Source: a virus (taxonomy: Duplodnaviria > Heunggongvirae > Uroviricota > Caudoviricetes). Taken from it: a DNA stretch of 64,000 nucleotides. A model generated the notes under the pieces. The model was not told the DNA's origin. It saw nothing but the letters and a program-made list of their open reading frames with translations, and searched no databases. Each line of letters starts with the position of its first letter. The stretch's first letter is position 1. The position numbers and the translations under genes were made by a program. Shown here piece by piece: positions 9,731 through 19,900 of this stretch. Where the stretch lies: the IMG/VR virus record IMGVR_UViG_2758568661_000004; one strand, 5' to 3'.

Positions 9731-10176
9731 GCGTACACTTCCGCCGGCCAGTCCTCAACAGGCAGGTATCCGCCCCATTTCAGGCCGGAACCTCCGCCGT
9801 CACGGTGCTCGCGGTTGCATTTCCAGCAGGTGCGTTCATGGAAGATGATTTCGCTCATCTCGCCGCGGACCCAGTCGATCTTCTTCTCGTCGTCGAGTGA
9901 GTCGAAAGTGTCAACTTCGATGGTGTTGCTGAACCTGTCGAGTTCCTCACCGGTTTCCGGGTCGGTGATCACAATCTCGTACACCGGACGTCCTGCCGGG
10001 AGGACGATCAGCTGCACGGGAGCGTCGTCGTCATCGAAGTCGGCGTCGCCGCGGTCTTCCCAGCTGTCGTCGAACTTGGCTGTGCTGAGGACGGCGGTGC
10101 CGCGGTATTGGCGGCCGTCACCGTCGAAAGTCATCAGGTAAGTGGGGTAAGTGGGGTCTGTCATCGTCTCAGTCAT
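9727..10176 (-). CDS. acidic hypothetical protein with C-terminal CxxC
   Basis: ORF track; degenerate motif CCTGCGAATGCGATGA upstream. Confidence 0.6.
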   Translation of the reverse strand: MTETMTDPTYPTYLMTFDGDGRQYRGTAVLSTAKFDDSWEDRGDADFDDDDAPVQLIVLPAGRPVYEIVITDPETGEELDRFSNTIEVDTFDSLDDEKKIDWVRGEMSEIIFHERTCWKCNREHRDGGGSGLKWGGYLPVEDWPAEVYA

Positions 10177-10366
10177 CGCATTCGCAGGGTTTGATCATCC
10201 AGCAGCCGGTGCAGGTCGTCTCCTGCTTGGTGGGGGCTTCGAAGGCGTCCTCGCATTCGGCGTGCACGAGCGTGCCGTCGGAGGCGTATCCGACCTCGTC
10301 GCCGACCTCGATCGGGTGGCCGCATTCCCCGCAGATGCCGGGGTATTTCGCTTCGAAGGTGTTCAC
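10169..10366 (-). CDS. zinc-ribbon mini-protein
   Basis: ORF track; CGECGH...CTGC...CEC; GTGA overlap with an upstream ~50-aa ORF. Confidence 0.5.
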   Translation of the reverse strand: MNTFEAKYPGICGECGHPIEVGDEVGYASDGTLVHAECEDAFEAPTKQETTCTGCWMIKPCECDD

Positions 10367-10375
10367 GCGGCCCGG

Positions 10376-10522
10376 TTCTCCGGGTTGCAGAAGAAGATCA
10401 CGGAACCGGGTGTGGTGCGGCCGAGGAACTCGGCGATGGAGTTTCCGGGCAGCTGGCTGCGCAGCATCGCGAACCCCTCAGCAATCTCCGGGGTGATGAC
10501 GATGGGTGCGGATGTATCTGGC
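10376..10522 (-). CDS. small hypothetical protein (~48 aa, below ORF-track cutoff)
   Basis: Minus-strand ATG ~10 nt after class-I motif 10533; ends GTGA-overlapping the 10169..10366 start. Confidence 0.3.
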
Positions 10523-10544
10523 ATGGGATTCCCATGCGCAGGAT

Positions 10545-10931
10545 TTACAGGCTGGCGGTGATCTTCGCTTCGAAGTAGTCGGCGATACCCACCCAGAACT
10601 CCCCCATGCTGTCGTACTCGCGGGACAGCGGGAAGTCGTCGTGGTGGTGGGCGAGGATGTCGCCGATACCGTCAACGTCCTCAGCGGTGAACTTGCCGTC
10701 GCTGCGCTCGTACGAGGCGATGATCTTGTCGACGTATCGGCGGGCGACCACCACATCGTTCAGACGTGCCACCCATGCCTCGAACACCTCAGCGGACAGG
10801 ACGACAGCTGAAGCGTCTTCACCGGCCGGGCTGGCGAGGATGATGGCGGTGCCGTCCTCGAAGCTCACCTCGACGGTGTCTCCGGTGTGGGTGCCGACGG
10901 CGGCAAGTTCGTGAAGCGGCTGAACGGTCAT
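10545..10931 (-). CDS. acidic hypothetical protein
   Basis: ORF track (10545..11003) trimmed to ATG behind CAGGAGGAC SD (MTVQPLHELAAV); motif-initiated 12-codon uORF ends ATGA on this start. Confidence 0.6.
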   Translation of the reverse strand: MTVQPLHELAAVGTHTGDTVEVSFEDGTAIILASPAGEDASAVVLSAEVFEAWVARLNDVVVARRYVDKIIASYERSDGKFTAEDVDGIGDILAHHHDDFPLSREYDSMGEFWVGIADYFEAKITASL

Positions 10932-10975
10932 TGGTGAGTCCTCCTGTGTTGGTTCGACCTTCTCATGCGCAGGTA

Positions 10976-11959
10976 TCACCGTGCAGGAATGGTGACCGCC
11001 CACACATCCACGTCAGGTCTCGCCCTCAGGAACCGCACCGAATGTCGGAACGACTCCCCTGACCAGGCGATGTCAGCGGACACCTCCACAACCATGGGCT
11101 CGATCAGGGTGAGGTGGATGGCGTCTTTCATAGTCGAGAAATGGCTTATTGCTCCGGGCTTCACCACTGGAGGCCACGGGTGCGCGGCCAATGGTGGGAG
11201 CAGCAGCGGCGCCAACTGCCTCACCTGCACTGGGGATAGAGGTGAGCTTCTCCCCGCAATGCGAAGCTTCCCGTTCACCCGGAAACCCACCACCAGCTCC
11301 TGCGGACGGTCTCGCGTCCCGATGACCGCCCCGGCGATCGTGTCGATGGTGTCCCGATGTTTCACCTTCACCCATTCGCGGCGGCCGCCGCTATAGGCGC
11401 CGTCCAACGCTTTGATGACCAGACCTTCCACTCCGACACTGTGTAAAGCGCCCATCCATTGGGCGGCTTCATTCGGGTCGCGGGTGGCGGAGTTCACGGA
11501 CAGCGGCGGCAGCCATCCTTTCCCGAGTTCCTCCAGCAGTTCCCGACGGACACGAAGTAACTGCCGGCGGATGTCATGGCGTGGGATGGCTAGGAGGTCG
11601 AACGCAGCGAACGATGCAGGCTCCTGCCTGGACAGCTCCCCGGCGCTGCGTTCACCTCGAGCCATCCGTCTTTGCATCGCGTCGAAACTGAGCCGCCCTC
11701 CCGACCAGATGACCGTCTCCCCGTCAACCACGCATCCGTCCGGGATCATCCGGGCTGCGGCGTTCACAATTTCCGGGAACAGCTGTGTGAGCTCCTTCTT
11801 CTGCCTCGACCACAGTCTGGTGTCACCGTCCCGGACGATGACGGTGCGGAACCCATCCAGTTTCGGTTCCGCTTGGGCGTCAACCAGACTTGGGATGGTC
11901 GCGGCTGGTCGGGCGAGCGCTACGTCCACGGGGACAGTGAACGTTTCCGGCAGCGCCAT
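10976..11959 (-). CDS. ATP-dependent DNA ligase (LigC/LigD ligase-domain-like)
   Basis: ORF track; motif I EPKLDGFR (KxDGxR), EGLVIK, WVKVK. Confidence 0.8.
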   Translation of the reverse strand: MALPETFTVPVDVALARPAATIPSLVDAQAEPKLDGFRTVIVRDGDTRLWSRQKKELTQLFPEIVNAAARMIPDGCVVDGETVIWSGGRLSFDAMQRRMARGERSAGELSRQEPASFAAFDLLAIPRHDIRRQLLRVRRELLEELGKGWLPPLSVNSATRDPNEAAQWMGALHSVGVEGLVIKALDGAYSGGRREWVKVKHRDTIDTIAGAVIGTRDRPQELVVGFRVNGKLRIAGRSSPLSPVQVRQLAPLLLPPLAAHPWPPVVKPGAISHFSTMKDAIHLTLIEPMVVEVSADIAWSGESFRHSVRFLRARPDVDVWAVTIPAR

Positions 11960-12010
11960 GCTGGGAGCCTACGCCTTCACCTTCTGGTGCCGTGTGGACG
12001 TTGACCCCCC

Positions 12011-15000
12011 CTATTTTCCCTTGACCGTCGCCGGTGGTGCAGCCTTGACCACCGCTGTCGGCAGCGACGTGTACGTCCTGGACGAGTACGTCGCCTTGGA
12101 TACGGTTGCCTCAACAGTGAACGTGTGCCCAATGTCTGCTGCGGTCACCGTGTGGTAGTTCGTGCCGGTGATGGCCACTCCGTCCCGGAACCACTTGAAG
12201 ACCGTCTTCGTCGGTGTCGGGAGGACTCCGGCGGGTGTGTTGGCGACCAGTTTCCCTCCGACGACAGCTTCACCTGTGATGACGGGGAGGTTCTCGCCGA
12301 CGAACGGCGGCAACGGCTTGATGACCGGGGTCGGGTTGCTCATCCATGTCTTCGTCTTGTAGTCCTTCCGAGAGCCGGTGATGGCGACGGTCAGGGTGTG
12401 GCCGACGTCAGCTGCGACCGGCAGGTAGGACGACTGCTTCCCCAGAGATCCGGGAATCAGGACGCCTTCCCGGTACCACTGGTATTTGTACGACGTGGGT
12501 GTGGGTGTCCACTTGCCGGGCTTCGCGTAGATGCGGTGCGCCAGCTCGTAGGAGCCTTCGATGGAGATGCCGCTGGGGTTTCCGGGGATGATCGTCCCGG
12601 GGTTGTCGAAGCCTTTGCCGCCGGGGTCTACCGTTCCGACCCAGACGCCGTTCTCCCAGCTTCCGCCGCTTTCATGGTTCGGGTCGGTGCTGGATCCCAT
12701 CTCCGGGTCACCGATTCCGTACTCCCGGTGTTCGTCGCCTTCCTCGAAGGAGAACCAGGGGAGGTCGTCGCCGGCGAACTCGAGGAGACCGACGATTTTG
12801 ATGGCGATGGTGACGATCCATACACGTGATTCGAAACCTACGCGTGTGCCTGTGATCTTCACGCCGATGAGCGTTCCGAGGTCATCTTCCACGAGCTTGT
12901 ACACCTTCGCCGTGGCCTTCGGGATGTCCACCCCGTTCCGCTGCCACTGGTATTTGAAGGAGGGTGCCGGGGTCAGCCCTGTCGGCGGGAATGCAGTCAG
13001 GGACTGGCCGACCTTGGCGCTGCCGGTGATGTACGGCCTACCTTCGCCGGCGAATGTGGACTGGCCGATCATCGAGGAGGAATCCGAGACGCTTGTCCAT
13101 GTCCGGTCGATGTAGAACTGCCGTGAGGCGGTGATCGACACGGTGAGTTTCTTGCCGGCGTCCGCAGCTGTGGGTGCGTACGTGGTCTTCGTTGCTCCGG
13201 CGATGGGCTGCCCGTTAAGGAACCACTGGTACTTGTAGGAGGTGGCTGATGGCGCCCATCCGTCACCCTTGACCGCGGTCACTGTGACACCGGTCTTCGG
13301 CGGGGCAGGAGACAGTGTGGGCAGGTTGTCGCCGGTGAACACGTCAGGTCCTGCCGTGACTGTGTCCCCTTCACTCTTCCAAGTGCGGTCAGGCAGTCCG
13401 ACCTTGTGGGCTGTCAAGGCGACGCTAAGAACATGGTCCACGTCGGCTGCGGTCTGCGTGAAGGATCGGGCTGTAGCCCCGGCGATCAGCTGGCCGTCAC
13501 GGAACCACTGCACGGTCACTGTGGTGGGTGTGGGTGCCCATCCTGTCCCGTTGGTCGCTGTAAGGACTTTCCCGATGCGGCGTTCCCCGGTGATGGTGGG
13601 GAGGTTCTCGCCTGCGAACGAGGTCAGGTCGGTGGTGACGAGGGTGCTCTCCGATGTCCAGGTGCGTTCCTTGACGAGGGGTCGCGTTCCGGTGACGGCG
13701 ATGTTCAGGACATGTCCGACGTCGGCGGCGACCTGGCGGTATGTGGCGGCTGTGGCGCCAGCGATAGCTTTCCCGTCACGGAGCCATTTGTAGGTGTACG
13801 CAGTCGGTGTTGGTGCCCAGTCCACTCCGGGTGCTGCGGTGAGCAGCTGGTTCAGCTGGTGGGTTCCGGTGATTGTGGGGAGGTCTTCTCCTGTGAAGTC
13901 GGGAACATCTGTGGTGATTTCGGTGTCTGAGCTCACCCATTCGCGGTTGTCGTATGCGGCCCGGATGTAGGTGATGCCGACGGAGGTGTTCGTTCCGATG
14001 TCAGCGCTGGTGAGTGTGTAGTTTCTTGAGGCGGCTCCGGTGATGGCGACGCCGTCGCGGTACCACTGGTACTTGGTTGTGGTCGGTGTTGGTGCCCACC
14101 CTGCCCCGGGGACGGCGGTCAGGGCCTGCCCGATGCTTCGGATTCCGGTGATGGTGGGGAGGTTATCTCCGGTGAACTTGTCCCAGCCGATCACTTCGGA
14201 CCCTTCAAGGGACGTCCATGTGGTTGCTTTGTAGCCGGTGACGGTGCCGGTGACGGCGACGCTGATGTGGTGGGTGACATCATCCGCGGTCAGCGTGTAT
14301 GTGACGGCTGTTGCCCCAGGGATCGGTTGTCCGTCGCGGAGCCATACGTAGGTGAGCGTTGTCGGGACGGGTGTCCATGTGGTCGCCGGTGTTGCTGTGA
14401 GTGTCTTGGTGATCCGCTGTTCGCCAGTGATGGTGGGCAGGTCCGTTCCGGTGACCTTTGGCAGGTCTTCGATGGTTCCGGTCGGGTCACTGACGGCTGT
14501 GTGCGCGGTGTATCCGGACTTGGAGCCGGTGACGCTGACACTGAGGGCGTGTCCGACGTCAGCAGCTTGCAGCAGGTACGGCTTGCCGACAGCGCCGGCG
14601 ATAGGGGCACCGTCGCGGAACCACTGGTAGGAGTAGTTGGTCGGCGCGGGAGCCCAACCGGCACCCGGCACTGCGGTCAGGGTCTGCCCGAGCCGGAGCG
14701 TTCCGGTGATTGTCGGCAGTGTGGTGCCGTCAATTGAACCGATACCGGCGATGGTGACCGGGTTCGATGTCCAGGTGCGGTCGACGAACACGTTCCGTTT
14801 TCCTGTCACGGCGACACTGATCTGCTTGCCAGCGTCTGACACCTGTGTGGTGAACGTCTTGGTGGTGGCGCCGGAGATGGGTGCGCCATCCCGGAGCCAC
14901 TGGTAGGTGTATGAGGTGGGTGACGGCGACCATGATGCTGGGTTCGCGGTCAGTGTCTGCTCGACGATCAGGACGCCGGTGATTGTGGGGAGATTGTCGC

Positions 15001-16825
15001 CGGCGAAGGTGGGGTTAGCGATGATCGCGAGCGGCTCGCTTGTCCAGGTGCGGTCTTCGTATGCGAGCTTCGAACCGGTGATGGCTGCGGTGATGGCGTG
15101 ACCTGCGTCAGCGGCGGTGACGATGTAGTTGCGGCTTTCAGCGCCGGGGATGGCCACTCCGTCACGGAACCACTGGTAGCTGTTTCCTGAGGGGATGGGC
15201 GACCAGGTGGACGGGTTCACGGCGAGGTTTTCACCGACCCAGGGGTTCCCGGCGATTGTGGGGAGGCCTTCTCCGGTGAATTTGGCGAGGACCGGTGTGA
15301 TGAGGGTGATGTCGATCTTCGCTGTTCCACCGGCTGCGGTGACAACGTTGATCTTCACTTTCCCCGACGTTGACGTGAACGTTGACGCGACCGGCCAGAC
15401 TGCACTGCGTGTTGTGGACGTGGTGTACGGGAGGACGACACTGGACTGGTCGGCGCCGTACTTGAGGATGCGGACACCTGTCCCCATTTTCGGCAGGACG
15501 CCGGATCCTTGGTCGGGGAGTTGGGAGTAGATGGATCCGGTGTCCCGGTAGGTGGCGTTGCGGTATTCGACGTAGTAGTGGGCACCGGTTTTCGGGTCGG
15601 TGATGTCAATGCCTCGCACGCCTGTCGTGGCGGATTGAGGGTAGATGACAACCGATGTCGTCTCGGTCAGTGAACCAGATGGCAGGGAGACTGGTGTGAC
15701 ACTCTGGTATGCGTTCAGGCGGAGGCGGTGTGTGACGTTCAGCGCGGGGGTGTTCGTGTTGCCCTTGCAGGTGGGTGCGCAGATGAGGTAGCCCATCCCC
15801 ATGGGGTCGTACAGGTCGGCGTACTCCTGGATTCCGCAGCCGGAGGCACCGTCTGATGCCGGGTAGGTGCAGCTCTCCACGTTGGAGTGGCGGAGGGAGA
15901 AGTTGTGGCCGAGCTCGTGGGTGATGGTGAGTTCGTCTGCGAGCGGCAGGGTGGTGGTTCCGCCGAGGGCGGTCCAGAGAACACCACCGTTGCTCATGCC
16001 AGCGCCGATGTTCGCGAGCCCGGAGTCGAGTCCGCATTCTTGTGGTGCGATGACGAGAAGGTGGTTGGTGGTCGAGTTGATGTAGGAGCTGTAGCCCACG
16101 CGGCCGAACTTGGCGGCGGCTTCATTCCAGAGTGACCATTTGTCGGCGGCGCACGGGTCGAGGGTGGTGGAGTACCGCTTGATGGAGGACAGGTAGATGG
16201 AGGGCAGCTGCCCGGTCTGGTCGTTCCAGTAGGTGGCGGATTTGGAGACCATCGAGGTGATGAACGCGTCTGTGACTGGGGAGACACGACCTTCGCTGTC
16301 CGTTACGACAGCGACTTCGAGCTGGTGGTTGGCCGATACTGCTGTCGCGGCGGCAACCTTCGGTGTGATGGTCCCTGTTGCGAGGGTGAGCGGCTCTCCT
16401 ACGGTGGTGGAGGCTTCAACGATGTTTTGCCCGGCGGTGGAGGTGGCTTCCACGGGGCCGGGTGGTGCGTTGCCGGCTTCTTGGAGGGTGGCGTCGGTGG
16501 GTGTGGCGATTGCGTCTACGGTGGCGCCGGATGTGGCGTCGGCGGGGATGAGGTTGCCGTCGACGGGGATGGTGGTTCCGTCGGCGGTTTGGACGACGTA
16601 GCTGGTGTCGGTGGCTGTGTTCTGGCCGATGGCACCGGTTGTGGTTTCGGCTTCGACGACGGCCAGTGTTCCTTGGATGTGGATGGTGGTGGGGTCGGGT
16701 TCGGCGGCGTTGGCGGGGACTGCGAATCCGGTGATGAGTACGGCTGCGGCGACGAGTGACGCCAGCGATCGCCACGCCCAGGAGTGTTCATTCCGGGCTG
16801 TTCGTGGGACCGTTGTGGTGCTCAT
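12011..16825 (-). CDS. secreted metzincin-type metalloprotease with ~12 tandem Ig-like repeats (paralog)
   Basis: ORF track (12011..17023) trimmed to MSTTTVPRTARNEHSWAWRSLASLVAAAVLITGFAVPANA; HELGHNFSLRHSN; same repeat consensus as 4712..8158. Confidence 0.85.
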   Translation of the reverse strand: MSTTTVPRTARNEHSWAWRSLASLVAAAVLITGFAVPANAAEPDPTTIHIQGTLAVVEAETTTGAIGQNTATDTSYVVQTADGTTIPVDGNLIPADATSGATVDAIATPTDATLQEAGNAPPGPVEATSTAGQNIVEASTTVGEPLTLATGTITPKVAAATAVSANHQLEVAVVTDSEGRVSPVTDAFITSMVSKSATYWNDQTGQLPSIYLSSIKRYSTTLDPCAADKWSLWNEAAAKFGRVGYSSYINSTTNHLLVIAPQECGLDSGLANIGAGMSNGGVLWTALGGTTTLPLADELTITHELGHNFSLRHSNVESCTYPASDGASGCGIQEYADLYDPMGMGYLICAPTCKGNTNTPALNVTHRLRLNAYQSVTPVSLPSGSLTETTSVVIYPQSATTGVRGIDITDPKTGAHYYVEYRNATYRDTGSIYSQLPDQGSGVLPKMGTGVRILKYGADQSSVVLPYTTSTTRSAVWPVASTFTSTSGKVKINVVTAAGGTAKIDITLITPVLAKFTGEGLPTIAGNPWVGENLAVNPSTWSPIPSGNSYQWFRDGVAIPGAESRNYIVTAADAGHAITAAITGSKLAYEDRTWTSEPLAIIANPTFAGDNLPTITGVLIVEQTLTANPASWSPSPTSYTYQWLRDGAPISGATTKTFTTQVSDAGKQISVAVTGKRNVFVDRTWTSNPVTIAGIGSIDGTTLPTITGTLRLGQTLTAVPGAGWAPAPTNYSYQWFRDGAPIAGAVGKPYLLQAADVGHALSVSVTGSKSGYTAHTAVSDPTGTIEDLPKVTGTDLPTITGEQRITKTLTATPATTWTPVPTTLTYVWLRDGQPIPGATAVTYTLTADDVTHHISVAVTGTVTGYKATTWTSLEGSEVIGWDKFTGDNLPTITGIRSIGQALTAVPGAGWAPTPTTTKYQWYRDGVAITGAASRNYTLTSADIGTNTSVGITYIRAAYDNREWVSSDTEITTDVPDFTGEDLPTITGTHQLNQLLTAAPGVDWAPTPTAYTYKWLRDGKAIAGATAATYRQVAADVGHVLNIAVTGTRPLVKERTWTSESTLVTTDLTSFAGENLPTITGERRIGKVLTATNGTGWAPTPTTVTVQWFRDGQLIAGATARSFTQTAADVDHVLSVALTAHKVGLPDRTWKSEGDTVTAGPDVFTGDNLPTLSPAPPKTGVTVTAVKGDGWAPSATSYKYQWFLNGQPIAGATKTTYAPTAADAGKKLTVSITASRQFYIDRTWTSVSDSSSMIGQSTFAGEGRPYITGSAKVGQSLTAFPPTGLTPAPSFKYQWQRNGVDIPKATAKVYKLVEDDLGTLIGVKITGTRVGFESRVWIVTIAIKIVGLLEFAGDDLPWFSFEEGDEHREYGIGDPEMGSSTDPNHESGGSWENGVWVGTVDPGGKGFDNPGTIIPGNPSGISIEGSYELAHRIYAKPGKWTPTPTSYKYQWYREGVLIPGSLGKQSSYLPVAADVGHTLTVAITGSRKDYKTKTWMSNPTPVIKPLPPFVGENLPVITGEAVVGGKLVANTPAGVLPTPTKTVFKWFRDGVAITGTNYHTVTAADIGHTFTVEATVSKATYSSRTYTSLPTAVVKAAPPATVKGK

Positions 16826-16911
16826 GTGCCGGAGACATGCGGCGAAACGCCCCCGTTTGGGGTACAAGCCGTGAAATGTCGGTTCGGGGAGGCTGGACCC
16901 GCCTCGAGCAG

Positions 16912-19900
16912 CTACCCCTTCGAGGCGGTGAGCCCGCAGCTGACGACGTCTCCGGCGGCGAGGGTGATGCTGACGCTGGGGCCTTCGATGGTGATGCCGG
17001 AGGCTCGGGTCTTCGAGGTGCACACCGGATGTGGGTAGCCTGCGAACTCGTCGTTGGTCTCAGCTTGGAAGTACCAGAGGTCACCGGCGGCGCGGATGAA
17101 GCTGGATGTTCCCGGATTGTCTGGTGTGGCGTTCAAACGGAAGTCGTTCTGGTCGTCTTCGTCTTCGTTGCTGTAGGAGATGTTCCCGTCGAACTTGAAC
17201 GACCCGGCCCCGCCGGTCACGTTCTGCGTGACGATGATCTCCCCGGCTTCCGGTGCGAACCCTGTCGGTGAGTAGGTGACAGGTTCGGTGTCTGCGGTGG
17301 TGAAGCTGTCGACCTGGGTTTCGGCGTTCCAGGCGGTGACGGTGACGTTGATCACATGGTCGATGTCCTCGGGCTGCAGTTCGTACATGCCGGAGTTCGC
17401 GTAGACGATCGGTTCGCCGTCGCGGAGCCACTGGAACAGCAGGTAGTCGGCTTTCGGCGCCCACGACCAGCCGGTGTTGACGGTGAGGGTGGCGCCGTTC
17501 TTGCGGATGCCGGAGATGGCCGGGTTGATGACGGCTGGGGCGGGCGGTTCGTCAGCGAGGACGGTGAGCTGGTCGCCGTTGGATGCCCAGCTGCGCTCAT
17601 CCCATCCGGTCTTGACGGCGGTCACGGTGACGGAGATGGTGCGGCCGGCGTCGAAGTCCGTCTGTGTGTACCACTCGGTTCCCGACGTTTCGAAAGGGTC
17701 GCCGTCGCGCATCCAGGTGTACCGGTAGGACTCAGGGGTTGGAGCCACGGTGCCCGCGGGAATGGCGTGGAGCTCAGACCCGACCACCCGTTCGCCTGTC
17801 AGGGTGGGGGTGGCGTCGCCGTAGAAGAGGCCGTTGGTGGCTTCGTCCCCGGCGGATACGGCTTTCTGGTCGATGACCCCGGCGCGGTGGGCGGTGGTCT
17901 CCACGGAGATGACGTGGCCCTTGTCGGCCGTCCGCTGCGTGTAGTGGTCGCGGTTCTCCCCTGCCACGGCGACACCGTCTCGGAGCCACTGGTACGTGAA
18001 CGACGTCGGCGCTGGTGCGTACGAAGCTGCGGCCGGGACGGCGGTGAGTGTCCCGGTCATCGTCCGGTAGCCGGTGATGGTGGGGCGGCCGCCGTCAGCG
18101 ACGACGAAAGCTCCCGTGGTCACCGGTGCAACTGCTGACGCTGCTGTTCTCTCCGTGTACCCGAACTTCCGGGCGGTGACCTTCACTGTGACGACGCTTG
18201 CGTTGTCGGCGAGTTGCTGTGTGTACGTCTTCCCGGTAGCTCCGGGGATGGGCGCGCCGCCACGGAGCCATTGGTAGCTGTAGGTGACGCCGAGGTTCGG
18301 TGCCCATGCCGGGGTGGCGGCTGTCAGGACGGAGCCGATCTTTCGGGTTCCGGTCACCACAGGCACGGCTGTCCCGGTGAACGTCGACAACTTTCCGATG
18401 GTCGCACTGTAAACGGATTCGATGTTCCTGCCCAGGTACCCGGCCCGGTGGGATCCGACCTTCACCGTCAGTCGGTACCCTCGGTCTGCGGCGGTCGCCG
18501 TGTATGTCTTCCCGGTCGCTCCGGGGATCACCGCAACTGACCTGTAATACGGGTCATTCCGGTACCACTGGTAGGTGTACGACGTTGCTGCCGGCGCCCA
18601 GGTCGAACGGGCTCCCGCAGTCAGGGTGCGTCCAACGAACGGCTCGCCGGAGATTAACGCCGGGTCGGCACCGACGAACACGTTCAGGGTCGCGGGGCCG
18701 GCGGCAGCCTTCCAGGTTCGGGACGTGGTGCCTTTCCGGTCAGCTGCGACGTTCACGGTGATGACCTTGCCGACATCTGACCCGGTCTGCTTGTAGGTGG
18801 CGGCGGTTGCCTTCGGGATGGCGGCGCCGTTCCGGAACCACTGGTACCGGTACCCGGTCGGTTTCGGCGACCAGCCGCTGTTCGGGTGCGCGGTCAGCGT
18901 GGACCCGTTCGCGCGGGTGCCGGTGATGGTGGGGAGTCCGTCACCGACGAATACGTTCAAGCCGACGGTCTTAGCTACGACGGGGCTGGCGTCTACCTTT
19001 GGCAGGTACCCGGAGCGCGCTGCGGTCAGTTTGACTGTGACTGCCCGGTTGAGGTCAGCTGCGGTGATGACGTAGGTGGCGGCGGTTGCCTTCGGGATGG
19101 CTGTCTCGTCTCGGTACCACTGGTACGTGTACGTGGACGGGGTGGGGTTCAAGGTGCTGACTTGGGCTGCGGTGAGTTTCTGTCCGACCTGACGGTAGCC
19201 GGTGACCTCTGCGGTGAGTGTGCCGGCGAATACCGGGGCTGCCGGGATGAGGACTCTGGGTGTCAGCGACACTTTCGCGTTGTGGAAGGGGATTGTCCCT
19301 CCGACCAAACCCATGACCTGGTGGCCGGTGTCAGCAACGGTCAGTTTGTAGCTTTGGTTGGTCGCTCCGTCGATGGCGATGTTGTCTCGGTACCACCGGT
19401 AGTAGTAGGCCGTTGGTTTGGGTGTCCAGTCGGTGCCGGGGTGGGCGGTGAGCGTCTGGTCAAGTCCGGGTGTGCCGGTGATTGTCGCGTTTGAAGTGCC
19501 GGTGACCTTGGGCGTTGTCAGAACGGTGACAGGGTCGCTGGTTCGGACGCGGGTCTCGTATCCGTCCCGCATGGTTGTGACGGCCACGGTCAGCTTCGTC
19601 CCGATGTCAGCTGCAACCGGTTTGTAGGTGGAACTCTGTGCGTACGGGGCGGTCGCGATGACGTTGCCGTCCCGGAACCACTGGTAGGTGTACTTCTGCG
19701 CGGCGGGAGTCCATCCGGCGCCGTCCTTGGCGGTCACCTCCCCGAGAGCCCAGGGGGAACCTGTGATGACGGGAGCCGTGTTGCCGGTGAACTTGGCTTG
19801 GTTGACGTCTGTGAGTGTGACAGTGACTGATGCGCTGGCAGCTGTCTTCGAGTTCACCTTCACTTTCACACCACCGGAGCGTGACGTGAATGTGTATCCG